From: a virus
Taxonomy: Duplodnaviria > Caudoviricetes
IMG/VR virus record: IMGVR_UViG_2639762957_000001
Location: 23,646-87,645 of that record
DNA: 64,000 nucleotides
Strand: one strand, 5' to 3'
In this document: positions 36,135 to 46,099 of the stretch, piece by piece
Layout: each line of letters opens with the position of its first letter
Position numbering within the stretch: the first letter of the stretch is position 1
Program-made: the position numbers and the translations under genes
The notes under the pieces: generated by a model
What the model was told of the DNA's origin: nothing
Databases searched by the model: none
The model's input: only the letters and a program-made list of their open reading frames with translations

Positions 36135-36878
36135 CTAGTAATACTTTTCGAGATCGACCGGACGGATAGCCGGTTTACTGTCGTATTTGGCAATCGCTTT
36201 ATCCAGGTTGACCGGCGTAATCCCGTAGTGGTAAGCCGGCGTAAAGATACCGTTTTGCTGCTTAAACTGGTTCGTATACGTGTAATGGCCCGTGCCGTGG
36301 TAATAGTTCTGCGGCGTAATATCATAGGCTCCGTTGTACGTGTCCGTTTTGGACTTGCTGCCGGCGCCGTATTCCCGGTGAATACCGTACATGGACGCCG
36401 CCGTCCCCAGGATAGTCCCCCAAAGGGCACTCTTTTTCTGTGCCTGTAAATTGGCAGCGCTGGTTCGATAGGCGTTCGCCTGGTTCTGATAGTTGACTTC
36501 GTTCAGATGTTCGGACCATACGTCGTTACGCTGGTTCTGCAAGAGCTGCGCACTATCGGCGTTCCAGGCTCCATAGCTGGCCGAGAGGGCATCGAGCGGC
36601 GAGCCGCTGAGCTGCAAGCCGCTTGCCCCGGCCTGGGCGGCCGTCTGCCCGGCAGCGAGTTTCATTCTGTCGTTCAATTTTGACTGCTGCGCTGCATACT
36701 GCTCTGCAATCTGTTCCTGTTTTACCTGACTGATCCGGGCGTTCTGTTCGGCCGCTTTCGCCTGTGCATTATACATGGCCGTCTGTGCATTATACTGCTG
36801 CTTTTGCGTGTTATACTGGTTGATTCCCTGAATGGCTGTCAATGCCATCATCCACGGCGTGCCGCACATGTTCCCCAC
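36135..36878 (-). CDS. Internal virion protein (T7 gp14-like)
   Basis: MC-start, Q/A-rich, 'AGASGL..SGSPLD'. Confidence 0.7.
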   Translation of the reverse strand: MGNMCGTPWMMALTAIQGINQYNTQKQQYNAQTAMYNAQAKAAEQNARISQVKQEQIAEQYAAQQSKLNDRMKLAAGQTAAQAGASGLQLSGSPLDALSASYGAWNADSAQLLQNQRNDVWSEHLNEVNYQNQANAYRTSAANLQAQKKSALWGTILGTAASMYGIHREYGAGSKSKTDTYNGAYDITPQNYYHGTGHYTYTNQFKQQNGIFTPAYHYGITPVNLDKAIAKYDSKPAIRPVDLEKYY

Positions 36879-37344
36879 TCCCTTCTATGAAAAATAACTG
36901 CCAGGACATATCTTTATAGAGAAAGGGCTTCGAGAATTCCGCGCCGAAGGCAGCCAGCCAGCGACGGGATTTGTCGTTGCTCTGTGTTATCATGTTCCAC
37001 ATTTTCGGATAGCGCCGCTTCCAGCGCGGCAGGATCTGCCGCCCCAGGGCGACGAAGACTTTACGGTAATGCTGATATAAGTCAAAGCGTGCCACACACC
37101 ACACAACATGGCCATAGCCGCAAATTACACTGCGGCTGACCCCGAAGAGCAGCAGCGGCCGGCCGTCGACGTAGGCGATATAGTTGTCGTAATCCACATC
37201 GACGGCGAATGTTTCCAGGTCCGTTTCCGTTGCTTTTAGTTCCATATCGTCCCGGTCCCGCAGGCGTGCTGCCAGCCAGCGGACGTCGGGCAGCAGTTCT
37301 TTCGTTATCGGTTTAACCGTTGTATGACTTAACCATTCCCCCAT
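36811..37344 (-). CDS. GNAT-like virion-associated protein (T7 gp13-like)
   Basis: 'LRDRD..E', 'N..SRRWL..FGA.F'; position after the tail tubular genes. Confidence 0.6.
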   Translation of the reverse strand: MGEWLSHTTVKPITKELLPDVRWLAARLRDRDDMELKATETDLETFAVDVDYDNYIAYVDGRPLLLFGVSRSVICGYGHVVWCVARFDLYQHYRKVFVALGRQILPRWKRRYPKMWNMITQSNDKSRRWLAAFGAEFSKPFLYKDMSWQLFFIEGSGEHVRHAVDDGIDSHSGNQPV

Positions 37345-39577
37345 CCATGGAGACCTCCTTGATTATGGCATTGAGTTTAAAGGGGTACGGCTCATCACTC
37401 ATGATACAAAGGTGGTTGCGCGTATTGGCCCCGATATCAAATAGCGGGACGCTCTGGGTAAGGTCCCCGCTGAAAAGCGTATAAGCGTTTTCATATTTCA
37501 GTTCGTCCATTTTGTCGAAGTTCAGGCCGATTTTCCCGCCGTACGTATCTTCGACGCGCAGCGTGACGGCATTAATTTTATGGACGCGGCCCTGGAGCGT
37601 GCCTTCGCTCAGGTTGACTTCCATGCCGGGCTGCTCAATCTTCGTCGTATACGGCAGGCCGGCGATAATGCGGGTATACGTTTCATCGAGATGGACGACG
37701 CCGTCGGCCGGTACGGTTTTGTCATCCTGCCGGATACCGTCGCCGACGACGGTTACGGTTTTGCCGGCAAGGTGCGGCAGGGAAATCGTATTGCCGCTGC
37801 CCGTGACGTAGCTGTCGGCGTACTCGTCCGTCGTGTCGCTCATGACGCGGAAATGCTCAATATAGCGTTTTTGCTGCCCGTTGACGGTCCGTTCGACAAT
37901 GGCATAGAGTTCGTCGTTCTCATCGCGCGGAATCGTGCAGATCCACTTGTATTTCCCGTCGGTCACAAAGTGGGACCAGGCGAATACTTTCTGTTCGCGG
38001 ATCATCGTAAAGGCCAGCAGGACGCCGTCGTCGCGGACGAAAAATAGGGTCGAGTCCGGTTCCTGGCAATACGCCGAGGAAATGAGCTTATGGTTCTTTA
38101 CCAAGTGAGTGGCCAGGATATCCAGTTCGTCGCCATTGTAGTTGTCCGACTCATACTGATAGCCCAGGTCCCGGACGGTCGAGCCGGAGCGCTGGACGTG
38201 GACGATACGGTTGCCGATATGCTGCGGCAGGCACGTCGACGAGCCGCGCATGGTCTGGCTCTTCGGGTAGGCTTTCGACGGCGTCAAGACGGAGTCGCCG
38301 CTGATGACCCATTCGTTGCCGGATGTAAGAACGACGAGGTCCTGCGACGGGACGAGGTGCCGGATCTGGTAGGAGTTGCGGACGATGAGGTCCATTTTAA
38401 TGGCGCTGTCGTCGGTAACGCTGCCGTCGGCCTTCTCGACGGAGAAGTTCGGATAGTCCCCTGTCTTGCTCATCCAGAGGGAATAGGGGTTCTTCCAGTT
38501 CGCCGCAAAGACGAGGCGGTCCTGGAAAAAGCAGGACTGCTGCGGATAGCCGTAATAGTTGTTCCACGAGGACAGGGCGTAATCTTTCGTCGCGTCCGTG
38601 CTGCCGAACACATCCTTGACGGCGGCCGTAATACTGGTGCCGGAGTTGACAGCCGTAATCTTTGCCGTGCCGGTGTGGGTATATGGCAGGCGGGTCAAAT
38701 CAACCGTTAGTTTCGATTCGCTGGCAGCATCATCATTCCACACACTGACAACGAGGCGCATATAGCAGCCTTCCGTTTCGCTGCCCGATTCGGTATAGTT
38801 CTGGTCGTCATTGGACGTATACTTGCGGTATTCCTGCCAGGTCGAGCTGTCTTTTTCCCGGCGCTGCAAGTGGATTTCGTAATGATGGGTCCCATGAGTA
38901 ACGATTTTCCACTTTTCGCCGACGTACAATTCGCCCGACGTCCAAGACGTCGTCTCTTCGCCCCAGGAGCCGGACAGGGTCGCGCTGCCGATTTTCTGGT
39001 TGAGTTGGATATAGCCGCCTTCCATGCCGCTGTGAAAGATAGCGGCGTTCGACGTAATCGTCACGCTGCCCGACGTGCCCGACGGCGTGACCTTATTGTC
39101 TTCGACGGCATCCAGCATGGCGTCATAGTAGGGCTGCGTGATCTCCATGTCGATGAGGTCCCAGCCGTCCGTCTTATGACGCAGGAGCTTTACGGGATAC
39201 GTGCCGGAGCAAATGTACATGACGTCGCCGGACTGGCTGAATTGCAGCGACGTTGGCGACGTGAAGGGCGTACTGATTTCCGTCCCCGTGTAGGCGCCGT
39301 CCTTCCAAATGCGGATGTACTGGACGCCCACTTCGAGCAGGTAGGCGTCGGTCTCGGAGTTGTAAAAACTGACCAGAATCGTGTCTTTATCGCTGTATTT
39401 CAGTTCGCCTATATACTTGGACCCCTGCCGTCGATAACAGCCGCCATAGGGGCGAATAACGGTATTCTCTGCGTTCAGGAGAGCCGACTTATATTGTTCC
39501 AGGTCGACGCGGCTGCCGACGGCCGGCGAGATTTCCCCCGTCGTGAATGCCGGCTGAATGACATAGATATTAGCCAT
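37313..39577 (-). CDS. Tail tubular/nozzle protein B (gp12-like)
   Basis: 'QPAFTTGEISP', 'YP....FFQDRLVFA', 'W.SKTGDY.NF', 'Q.V.AWS.'. Confidence 0.85.
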   Translation of the reverse strand: MANIYVIQPAFTTGEISPAVGSRVDLEQYKSALLNAENTVIRPYGGCYRRQGSKYIGELKYSDKDTILVSFYNSETDAYLLEVGVQYIRIWKDGAYTGTEISTPFTSPTSLQFSQSGDVMYICSGTYPVKLLRHKTDGWDLIDMEITQPYYDAMLDAVEDNKVTPSGTSGSVTITSNAAIFHSGMEGGYIQLNQKIGSATLSGSWGEETTSWTSGELYVGEKWKIVTHGTHHYEIHLQRREKDSSTWQEYRKYTSNDDQNYTESGSETEGCYMRLVVSVWNDDAASESKLTVDLTRLPYTHTGTAKITAVNSGTSITAAVKDVFGSTDATKDYALSSWNNYYGYPQQSCFFQDRLVFAANWKNPYSLWMSKTGDYPNFSVEKADGSVTDDSAIKMDLIVRNSYQIRHLVPSQDLVVLTSGNEWVISGDSVLTPSKAYPKSQTMRGSSTCLPQHIGNRIVHVQRSGSTVRDLGYQYESDNYNGDELDILATHLVKNHKLISSAYCQEPDSTLFFVRDDGVLLAFTMIREQKVFAWSHFVTDGKYKWICTIPRDENDELYAIVERTVNGQQKRYIEHFRVMSDTTDEYADSYVTGSGNTISLPHLAGKTVTVVGDGIRQDDKTVPADGVVHLDETYTRIIAGLPYTTKIEQPGMEVNLSEGTLQGRVHKINAVTLRVEDTYGGKIGLNFDKMDELKYENAYTLFSGDLTQSVPLFDIGANTRNHLCIMSDEPYPFKLNAIIKEVSMDGGMVKSYNG

Positions 39578-40172
39578 GCCGCCACCCCCTGCGCGCTGCA
39601 ATGTAGCTTGATTCAAACATCGTGTGCGGTTCCATTTCCCGTGCGTCCTGGAGTTGGGCCTGACTGATAGCGGCCCGGTAGAGCTGGTATTCGTTCTGCG
39701 CCTGCTGCGGGTTGCCCGTTAAGCGCATCGCCAGTTTCGACGCCAGCAGATGGGCAAAGCCCTGTAAAAAGATGACGTCCATCAGTTCCGGGTCCGATAC
39801 GTCCCAGGTATAGTCGGCGTAGCATTGTTCGCCGTTCGTGACGACGACTTTCGTACTGCTGCCGATATTGACGACGTCGAAGCGTTCGTAGACGCGGTCC
39901 GCGCCGCTGGCGTCGGATACGACGTTGCGGATCATCAAACATTTATCCGGGTAGCCGTAGGCGAAGTCCCAGCCCGGCACGTCGACGTCTACTACGGCCA
40001 GGCGCTCAACCCGGTGTGCAAACCCCCAGGGAAAAGACCGTAAGCATTCACGGCGCGTCGGTTCATAGAATAGTTTGCAGGCTCTTGCATTCTCGACCCC
40101 TTCTTCCATGTTCTCAATGACGCCCTTGCCAATGTTGGACAAGGCCATGTTACAAATGTCTGTATCGGTCAT
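39570..40172 (-). CDS. Tail tubular/adaptor protein A (gp11-like)
   Basis: 'DICNMALSNIG', 'PWGFA', 'W.FAY.YP..CL.I'. Confidence 0.8.
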   Translation of the reverse strand: MTDTDICNMALSNIGKGVIENMEEGVENARACKLFYEPTRRECLRSFPWGFAHRVERLAVVDVDVPGWDFAYGYPDKCLMIRNVVSDASGADRVYERFDVVNIGSSTKVVVTNGEQCYADYTWDVSDPELMDVIFLQGFAHLLASKLAMRLTGNPQQAQNEYQLYRAAISQAQLQDAREMEPHTMFESSYIAARRGWRHG

Positions 40173-40219
40173 GTTGGCTCCTTTCTATCATAGAAATGAG
40201 GGGCCGCGGCCCCTCTCTT

Positions 40220-40378
40220 CTACAATCTGTTTTTCCGTACCAGGGCGATTAGCTCTTGCTTTGTCGCGTCGTCCGGATACGCAATGCCGGCGTTTTCCAG
40301 TTTGAGTCGCAGCTCATTCGCGTGCAGGTCTTCGAGTCTCCGCTTCGGGCCGGCATCTTTGAAATGAATCCCGTTCAT
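40220..40378 (-). CDS. Small HeH/LEM-like protein (52 aa; not in ORF track)
   Basis: 'L.ANELR..L...GI.Y...ATKQELIAL'. Confidence 0.55.
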   Translation of the reverse strand: MNGIHFKDAGPKRRLEDLHANELRLKLENAGIAYPDDATKQELIALVRKNRL

Positions 40379-40731
40379 CAGGCAAGGTCCGCATCAAAGA
40401 CGAGGGCTGCCGTCAGCGTGCCAGCTGTAAGGGCTGCCGAGCCGGTGTATTTGATACGCATATAGCCGAGGTCGCCGTAGGGGACTTTCGTTTTCAGACC
40501 GTCGCCTTTTTTCAGGGTATACGTGCCGAGCGTAACGGGCGTCGTGAAGGCTTCGTCCGAGGCGGTCTGCAATTCAATCGTCAAGTCCGAGCTGGCAGCC
40601 GGCGCCGTAACGTACAGGATCAGCGGGTTTCCCGCATCCCCAGCGCCGGTATGGACAACGTCCGACGTGCCCGTCGTCGTGCCTTTCAATTCTTTGTTCC
40701 AGTAAAACGTGTTTTCTCCATCGTAAACCAT
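40378..40731 (-). CDS. Capsid cement/decoration protein (Bbp16-like)
   Basis: Directly after the MCP; beta-rich, 'YMRIKY....LTAG.LTA'. Confidence 0.7.
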   Translation of the reverse strand: MVYDGENTFYWNKELKGTTTGTSDVVHTGAGDAGNPLILYVTAPAASSDLTIELQTASDEAFTTPVTLGTYTLKKGDGLKTKVPYGDLGYMRIKYTGSAALTAGTLTAALVFDADLA

Positions 40732-40740
40732 AGGTGCCTC

Positions 40741-41745
40741 CTATTCTGTAATGACCGATTCCGTTTCGCTCAGGGCGTCACACTTCGAGACTTCCAGGCC
40801 CTGGACGTAGAGTTTCGGGATACCGTTAATCGCTTCGCTCTGTGTGACGTAGACGTTGTTCTTATCGTTCAGGTACAATTCGAGCATCGTATAGGTCGTG
40901 TCCGAGACGTAAAGGATCGGACGTTTCGGATTGACGATACGGTTCTTGGCAATGATGATGTTTTCGACGAGGGCTTTTCGTGCGGCTGCCGTCGTGCTGG
41001 TGGCTGCCGTGCCCATGTCGACATTGCGAATGGCCGCGACTTTGCGCAGGTTCTGGACGGCAAGGCCCGCATCCCAGGAGAACCAGGTGACGAGGGCATT
41101 GTATTTGCCGCCGTCCGCATCTTCGACGATGTGTTCGCCTTTGTCTTCCATCTTGAGGCCCGCCTGGGAGCCTTTCGGGTAGATCCCGGTGACGGCGTTT
41201 TCGCCCCAGTCGACAATGTACATGGACGTCTGCTTATTTTCCGACGTGCCGCCGGCGTTAATGGTCTGGAAGCCGTACGTGCCTTTGTCGCCTTTGAAAG
41301 TGTTGAAGCGAATGCCCAGACCGTTGAATTCGTCCGGGTTTGTTTCCGTGTCGCCGTAGAACATGTATTTCGCCAGGTCCTGTGTGAAGCCTTCGACGAA
41401 CGCCCCGTCTTCGGAACGGCGGGTCGCTTCTTTGTCCGGCGCGAGATTGACGATGCGCACGTCAACCTGGCTCATGCCTTCCATCAGGCAGCAGGTGTCG
41501 ACAATCTGCCGGGTCGTCGATTTACCCGGCGTAATGCCGCGGTTAATGCGGCGCAGCTGTGGGTGCGGATACGACGTTCTCAGTGTGGTCTGGTTGCCCG
41601 TGGGCAGGTTGCCTTCCATCCAGGGGATGTGCTGCATGATAGGGTTGCTCTGTGCCATGATTTCCATGATCCAGGCAATTTTTCCGTCCGGATCCATGCG
41701 TTTCCGCAGGTCCGAGAATGTAAGTGCGGTGTTACCGTAAGCCAT
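40741..41745 (-). CDS. Major capsid protein
   Basis: BPP-1/epsilon15-type: 'NPI...PW.EGN..TG..TT.RT..P....R.IN.G', 'FYGD....P.EF.GL..R', 'GIYPKGS.AGL'. Confidence 0.9.
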   Translation of the reverse strand: MAYGNTALTFSDLRKRMDPDGKIAWIMEIMAQSNPIMQHIPWMEGNLPTGNQTTLRTSYPHPQLRRINRGITPGKSTTRQIVDTCCLMEGMSQVDVRIVNLAPDKEATRRSEDGAFVEGFTQDLAKYMFYGDTETNPDEFNGLGIRFNTFKGDKGTYGFQTINAGGTSENKQTSMYIVDWGENAVTGIYPKGSQAGLKMEDKGEHIVEDADGGKYNALVTWFSWDAGLAVQNLRKVAAIRNVDMGTAATSTTAAARKALVENIIIAKNRIVNPKRPILYVSDTTYTMLELYLNDKNNVYVTQSEAINGIPKLYVQGLEVSKCDALSETESVITE

Positions 41746-41755
41746 AGTTTACCTC

Positions 41756-42376
41756 CTAGTATTTCGAAAAATCTGTGTGGTCATATAAAGAGCCGCCGCC
41801 AATGCCGCCAGCACCGCCGGCGTTATGGCCGGGGTCTTCGCCGACGAGGGAGGCCATGAGGGCCATTGCTTTAATCATGGCGACATGGTTGCCGGCGCCG
41901 GTCTGGTTGAGCATCTTCGTAAAGCCCGGTACTTTCTGTTCAAGATAGTTCCGGGTCGTGCACGCTGCCGCGACGGTTTCGTCGAATTTGCCGCCCAGTT
42001 CCTGCCGGGCCGTGTCGCCCCAGCTTTTGATTTCCTGGACGTAATCGTCCTGGACCTGCTGGGCTGCTGCCTGCGCCGCATCACGGGCGTAGGTCATGCC
42101 GAAGCGTGCGGCCGCGGCTGCCTGGTCCTGCGTGGCCCCCAGACCGTGCAAGAGGTCCGTCAGCTGCGTAGAGACGTTGTCGTCCATTTCGGCATTGTCG
42201 CCGAAAATTTCATGGAGCGCGCCGGAGTAGTCGTACGTTTCCGGTGCTGCTTCGGCAGCGGGTGCCGGGTCAGTCGTCTGCGCCGGGTCGGTTTCAGCGG
42301 GTGCCGTTTCGCTGCCGCCCAGGGTCGTGTCTACGGCGGGAGCCTCTGCAAATCGCTGCAAGTCAAAATCAAACAT
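41756..42376 (-). CDS. Capsid scaffolding protein
   Basis: Starts MFDFDLQRFAE after GGAGG; acidic/Ala-rich; 'GAGNH...IK'. Confidence 0.75.
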   Translation of the reverse strand: MFDFDLQRFAEAPAVDTTLGGSETAPAETDPAQTTDPAPAAEAAPETYDYSGALHEIFGDNAEMDDNVSTQLTDLLHGLGATQDQAAAAARFGMTYARDAAQAAAQQVQDDYVQEIKSWGDTARQELGGKFDETVAAACTTRNYLEQKVPGFTKMLNQTGAGNHVAMIKAMALMASLVGEDPGHNAGGAGGIGGGSLYDHTDFSKY

Positions 42377-42674
42377 GTTTCTTTCCTCCTTCGAGTCGGG
42401 CCATGGTGTCGGCGTACTCTCTTTCGGCCTGCTGTTTCTTGGTAATATGGTTGACATCTGTTGTCAGCATGGCCAGGTACTCCAGCCCTATTGCCCGTCG
42501 TCCTTCGTTATACGCCGTGATAACGGCGCTGCGGTGAAAGGTCGGTACATTTACCCGCGCCCGGTCTAAGAGGCGCATCAGGAACCACCGGCCCTTCTTG
42601 TCTTCCAGTAAATAGTTGAGGGCCTCATTGTCGAGGCGCTGCAATTCATCCATCATGTTTCCATTCCCATCCAT
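42369..42674 (-). CDS. Bbp19-like phage protein
   Basis: 'L....GRWFL..L', 'AYNEGRR.IGL'. Confidence 0.7.
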   Translation of the reverse strand: MDGNGNMMDELQRLDNEALNYLLEDKKGRWFLMRLLDRARVNVPTFHRSAVITAYNEGRRAIGLEYLAMLTTDVNHITKKQQAEREYADTMARLEGGKKHV

Positions 42675-44404
42675 TCACGCAGGGCCGGGTTGCCGTCGTT
42701 GGCGGCGTCGGTCAGGTTCTTTGCCGCCTGTGCCAAGGGTGCTGCCTGCTGTGCCTGCTGCGCGGCCATGGCCTGCTGCTGCGCCGCTTCTTCGGCCTTC
42801 TGCTGCTGCTCTAAAATCTGCTGGTATTCGTCTTCCGAGCGTACCATGGTTGCCGGTACGCCGATACGGTCCAGGTATTTGGCGACGGCATCCGAGAAGT
42901 CCACGCGATTGACGACGCGCGGGTCCAGCTGCGCCGTCTGCCCGACGAAGGCAAGACCCTGTTCGATTGCCGTCAGGCCGGACATTTTCTGTGCCTGTGC
43001 CAGCGGCGAGAGATACTCGATCTTGATTTCCTGGCCGTCCATGAGGTCCTGTACTTCTTCCGGAAGAGGCGGAAATACATGGTTGCGGTCGAGGATGTTA
43101 TAGACCCGGTCCAGGATAAGGTTAAGGAATTCGGACTGCAAGCGTTCGACAACCGGGCCGAGCTGCTGCAATTTTTCCTGGTTGCGGGCCATGACTTCCT
43201 GCGCCGTCATCTGTCCCCGGTCCAGCTGGTCAAGCATCATGAAGAGGTCCGTCGAGTACGCCCGTTTGATACGGTCTTCAACGCGGACAATCTTCTGATC
43301 GAGCGTGCCAATATCCAGCTGCCCCTGGAACAGTGGGCGGATAGCATTGTTCGGGTCCAGGTTCGGTGTGTAGCCGCCTGGGAACAGGTTAATGCGGTGC
43401 GCCAAATCAGTTGGCCCCTGCATCGGCGGTTTAATGCCCAGCTCCGTGGCCATGGCCGAGTCATATTCCATCTTTTGCAGCATCCTGGAGTCCTGGAGTG
43501 CATACCATGCCGGCCCGACGCCGTATTCTTCGAGGCCTTTGACGTCGTAGCGGGCTACCGGTATAGCCCACTCCTCAAAACCCGTAGCGGCAAGGACTTC
43601 CTGGTCGTTCGAGCCTTCCACCCAATAGACGGAACGGAAGGGCATTTTCTTATTGCCCAGTTCGTCCGGGTTGTCTTTGTCGTTCTCTTCGACGAGCCAG
43701 CACACCGTAAAGTACGTCGAGTACCCGTTGTTGCTGCGGTACACATCGCGGACGCTCTGCGGGCAGTTGTCGAGGCCGAATTTGCCGACAATCTGCGAGG
43801 CCGTCATTTTGACCTTGCGTGCAAAGGTATTGACGAGGCCCTGGGCATTGGTGCCGAGGGCATACGTACCGATAGTGTACGGCACAAAGGTTATGCCGCG
43901 GCCGCTGGCAAAGATTCCAAGCGGCGCCTGCCCGAAGGGCAGTTCCATGTAGACCGTATGGACGGCATTGTAGAAATTCGAGCGCGCTAAGATGTACTCG
44001 GTAATGTCGCAGCGCTGGTCGAGTACTCGCTTGACGGTCATGTTGTCGTTTAAGGTCATGTCCGCCAGGGTATAGCGGAACCATTTCCGCGACGGCGGCG
44101 TCAGCCCCGATTGGATACCGGCAGCAAAGATACTGCGGCATTCACCGGGCATGGTGTTGTAGATGTTGTCGTCGTGCAGGTTCGGTTTGCCCGGCTGGTC
44201 ATCGTCGAACATGCCGTCGTAGGGCAATTCATTGTCCCGAATGTCTTTCCAGATATCAAGCCAGCGCTGCCGCGTCCGGAAGAGTGCGGCGTGACGCTGC
44301 ACGAGCTTCGACTTCTGCTGCACGATATTCGCCTTTTTAAACTTCGTGCTGCCCGTCGGCGAGCGGGCCAGCTCTGTTTCGATGTTGGGTCTCATGGTCT
44401 TCAT
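42653..44404 (-). CDS. Portal (head-tail connector) protein
   Basis: 'GLTPPSRKWF', 'YG.GP', 'MTAQEV..R..EK...LGPV.ERL..E.L', 'IEY.SPLAQAQK'. Confidence 0.9.
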   Translation of the reverse strand: MKTMRPNIETELARSPTGSTKFKKANIVQQKSKLVQRHAALFRTRQRWLDIWKDIRDNELPYDGMFDDDQPGKPNLHDDNIYNTMPGECRSIFAAGIQSGLTPPSRKWFRYTLADMTLNDNMTVKRVLDQRCDITEYILARSNFYNAVHTVYMELPFGQAPLGIFASGRGITFVPYTIGTYALGTNAQGLVNTFARKVKMTASQIVGKFGLDNCPQSVRDVYRSNNGYSTYFTVCWLVEENDKDNPDELGNKKMPFRSVYWVEGSNDQEVLAATGFEEWAIPVARYDVKGLEEYGVGPAWYALQDSRMLQKMEYDSAMATELGIKPPMQGPTDLAHRINLFPGGYTPNLDPNNAIRPLFQGQLDIGTLDQKIVRVEDRIKRAYSTDLFMMLDQLDRGQMTAQEVMARNQEKLQQLGPVVERLQSEFLNLILDRVYNILDRNHVFPPLPEEVQDLMDGQEIKIEYLSPLAQAQKMSGLTAIEQGLAFVGQTAQLDPRVVNRVDFSDAVAKYLDRIGVPATMVRSEDEYQQILEQQQKAEEAAQQQAMAAQQAQQAAPLAQAAKNLTDAANDGNPALREWMGMET

Positions 44405-44652
44405 CCTAACGTGTTTTTCCCGTTCGTATTACCTAGAATCGATTCCAGGCCGGAACGGAAGTCGCGTAACTGCGTAGACGAAAAGCCTCTTTTCTTCTTC
44501 GCATTGGTCGTGGCGTTGTCATTGTTGCTGCCGGTATCATCGCCGACGTTGACCGATGTTGCCACCGGGTCGGCCTGCGGCACGGTCGGCGTCGAAGAGC
44601 TGCCGCCCAGACCAAAAATACCGCCAATCGCTTTACCTACTTTTCCGCACAT
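44401..44652 (-). CDS. Small virion-associated hypothetical protein
   Basis: Between terL and portal, MC-start, AGGAGG RBS. Confidence 0.6.
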   Translation of the reverse strand: MCGKVGKAIGGIFGLGGSSSTPTVPQADPVATSVNVGDDTGSNNDNATTNAKKKRGFSSTQLRDFRSGLESILGNTNGKNTLG

Positions 44653-44656
44653 GGTG

Positions 44657-46099
44657 CTACCTCCTCTTAAATAAATCGTACTTCGTGTTCGCCTGTCCCA
44701 AATCTGCCGTATTCCGCAGCACCGGGAAGGCGAATGTCAGGGCCAGGGCGTCCGCTTCGTTCGGAGACGGCAGGCCTCGGCGCTTCATGTCTTCTTTCTT
44801 TTCCAGTTGGATTTCGCCTTTGTTATTGACGAAGGCTTCCGGGCCGACGAGGTCGTCGTGGATGACGTCGCCCGCTTCCAGGACGCCGCCGTCCCGCAGC
44901 CAGTCCCTCATAGCGCCCCACATTTCGGCGCGCTTGTTGGCATAGCCCCGCTTCCCTGCGGCGCTGCCGAAGGCCACCAGCCGCCAGTGCCGGCCCATGG
45001 TCACGCCGAAGGAATAAACCCCCGTGCCGTAGCCCTGGTCGATGAAGACGGCCTGCGCCTGGTACTGGTCTTCAAAGGCGGCAATCTTCCCGGCAATGAC
45101 GCCGTCGTTATCGTTCTTCGCGTACGACGCCAGCTTGCGGCTGTACAGTCCCTGCCGTAAATAAATAACCGTGGCGTCGCCGCCGCTCCAAGCCATGTCG
45201 ACACCGAGTATGACCGGCGCAAAATTGTACTGTGCGGGCCGCAGGGCGCGTTTCTGTGCGTCTTCGACAAGTTGTGCCGAGATAAACTGATTTTCCGATG
45301 TGGACGGAAATTCGCCGCGCACGCGGACCCGGAAGAAGTCCGAGTCTTCGCCGTACTGGTCTTCCCATTGCTTTATCTGGTCTTTGTTCGATATGCCAAC
45401 GTTCCGGCTGTCTATCCGCTTCGTGTTCCAATAGCGCCGATACTTTGTGAAGCAGTCATGGAACCGTCCCGTATTGCGTGTCGGGTTGCCAAAGGCACAC
45501 CATATAATTTCCGTGTCTTTGTCCGTGAGTGCCCCTTCGGCGACTTCCCAGATGACGTCGTCAACGGCCGACGCTTCGTCGAATACCAGCAGGATTCGGC
45601 TGCCCTGATTATGCAGTCCCGCGAAGGCTTCCGGGTTCTCTTTGCTCCATGGAATCGCGTCAATGCGCCAGGTCCGGTCGTGCCCTTCCTGAATTGAAAA
45701 CAGCGACGTCGCCGTCAGATGAAACAGATCTTTGCCGATGAACCGGCGATACCATTTCGACAGTTCCGGCCAGGTCTTCGTCCGCAGCTGTGCTTCCGTG
45801 TTGGCCGTAACGACGCCGCGCGTATCCGGGCAGGTCGATATTGCCCAAAGGATAACCCAAGCAACCAAAGTGCTTTTCCCAATGCCATGCCCGGAGGCGA
45901 CGGCCTGCCGGATGACTTCGTTCGGATTCTTCAAGCCGTTTGCTATGTCTTTCAGCTGTTCGAGCTGCCATGGCTGCGGCTGTTGTCCTTTTAGTTCCGG
46001 GTCGTGTTCCCAGTCAAAGGCCCACCAGACGAAGGTAACGGGGTCGTATGACAGCTGCCCCAGACAATCCAGGACTTGATAGGCTTCATCATTCGTCAT
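44657..46099 (-). CDS. terL: Terminase large subunit
   Basis: Walker A SGHGIGKS, Walker B LVFDEAS, GNPTR, nuclease GVDMA and SPNEADAL. Confidence 0.95.
   Translation of the reverse strand: MTNDEAYQVLDCLGQLSYDPVTFVWWAFDWEHDPELKGQQPQPWQLEQLKDIANGLKNPNEVIRQAVASGHGIGKSTLVAWVILWAISTCPDTRGVVTANTEAQLRTKTWPELSKWYRRFIGKDLFHLTATSLFSIQEGHDRTWRIDAIPWSKENPEAFAGLHNQGSRILLVFDEASAVDDVIWEVAEGALTDKDTEIIWCAFGNPTRNTGRFHDCFTKYRRYWNTKRIDSRNVGISNKDQIKQWEDQYGEDSDFFRVRVRGEFPSTSENQFISAQLVEDAQKRALRPAQYNFAPVILGVDMAWSGGDATVIYLRQGLYSRKLASYAKNDNDGVIAGKIAAFEDQYQAQAVFIDQGYGTGVYSFGVTMGRHWRLVAFGSAAGKRGYANKRAEMWGAMRDWLRDGGVLEAGDVIHDDLVGPEAFVNNKGEIQLEKKEDMKRRGLPSPNEADALALTFAFPVLRNTADLGQANTKYDLFKRR

Noticed and set aside
24446-46099. 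Diversity-generating retroelement, suggested by the BPP-1-like virion genes
   Set aside because: No reverse transcriptase ORF (no YxDD context). The only fibre-tip copy is inverted and internally shortened, and its differences are not adenine-specific.
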